Source: a virus (taxonomy: Duplodnaviria > Caudoviricetes). From it: a DNA stretch of 57,920 nt. Location of the stretch: the IMG/VR virus record IMGVR_UViG_3300011115_000450, positions 1 to 57,920 of that record; one strand, written 5' to 3'. The position numbers were made by a program, and so were the translations under genes. Shown piece by piece: positions 57,275 through 57,920 of the stretch; within the stretch, counting starts at the first letter, position 1, and every line of letters begins with the position of its first letter. Under the pieces are notes generated by a model. That model was given only the letters and a program-made list of their open reading frames with translations, was not told the DNA's origin and made no database searches.

Positions 57275-57920
57275 TTTGCACCTTTGATGGTTATGGCCCC
57301 GTTCGATGCGCGAGATGCAATGATCCCGTGGCCGTATGCTTCCTTGACGTCTGGCTCGATCAATTCCTTGATCCGCTTCTTCGACGATTCATGGGACTTG
57401 GCGATAGGAAGCGTCTTGATGAAATCTGACGCAGCTGATGCCCATGCGTTGTTCCCAGTCATATCGACCTTGCGCTCGACGGGGCCGTCATACTTGGGCG
57501 CGACAATCACAGGCTCGATCTTGTTCTGGACGCAATACCAAAACTCTTCTTCACGGGATATGAGGCTTTGTGCGTATTCCTCATCCCATTCAATGTCGAT
57601 TTCTTCCCATTTGTGGTTTCCATAAAAAACCGACAGGACAGCCATCTTAACATTGCAGCAAATCATATTGTGGAACATCTGCGGCTTGTAACGCTGGATA
57701 ACTTCTTCTGCCTTGGCAAAAGCACTGGTATGTTTCGCGTCCCAGACAGCCTTGCCTTCGTAGGTTAGGCCATCCAATGTGCAGCCCATGAAGGGATAGT
57801 CCATGCTGATCCGTGTCGAATTGACATTAGTCAGCTTATGGCCCGTCTGCTTCTCATACCAATACCGATTGAGCGGCTCAGTAAACAGGCCCATCTGAAC
57901 AGGCAGGATGTCGCTAAGAT
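57271..57920 (-). CDS. YqaJ-like exonuclease, 3' part
   Basis: CTLDG..WDAKH..Y.PQ.FH.M. Confidence 0.85.
   Translation of the reverse strand, partial: LSDILPVQMGLFTEPLNRYWYEKQTGHKLTNVNSTRISMDYPFMGCTLDGLTYEGKAVWDAKHTSAFAKAEEVIQRYKPQMFHNMICCNVKMAVLSVFYGNHKWEEIDIEWDEEYAQSLISREEEFWYCVQNKIEPVIVAPKYDGPVERKVDMTGNNAWASAASDFIKTLPIAKSHESSKKRIKELIEPDVKEAYGHGIIASRASNGAITIKGAK
57685..57920. repeat. Terminal direct repeat, right copy
   Basis: Matches 1-236 with one mismatch. Confidence 0.95.

Overview
This window appears to be a complete, circularly permuted ~57.7 kb tailed-phage (Caudoviricetes) genome. Positions 1-236 repeat as 57685-57920 with one mismatch, and the junction falls inside a YqaJ-type exonuclease gene. 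The layout is podovirus-like: no tape measure or sheath recognised, and several ejection-type proteins. GcrA-like and GapR genes point to an alphaproteobacterial host. No integrase, DNA polymerase, reverse transcriptase, tRNA or CRISPR array was recognised. Modules: (i) a + strand nuclease/accessory operon (784-3565); (ii) a long - strand late operon (43701 to 3632) with GapR, TerL, portal, GroES-like co-chaperonin, scaffold, capsid, tail/fibre genes, lysis genes, ejection proteins and a ~3600-aa DarB-like polyvalent protein; (iii) a - strand array of six translationally coupled small genes built from shared DNA blocks (MMDIVE.. / AADEIERLRQQN / KATGGE) around unrelated variable segments (44712-46434); (iv) TerS; (v) a + strand early-type operon (47847-51889); (vi) a - strand recombination/replication operon (YqaJ, ERF, GcrA, helicase, primase). 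The most striking feature is in the early operon. Its intergenic gaps carry two type II hammerhead ribozymes, one with a variant U3-A8 core, and four copies of a covarying structured motif I do not recognise. That motif sits in the same position as the hammerheads, so it is a candidate new RNA-processing element or ribozyme. All calls were made by eye, without database searches.
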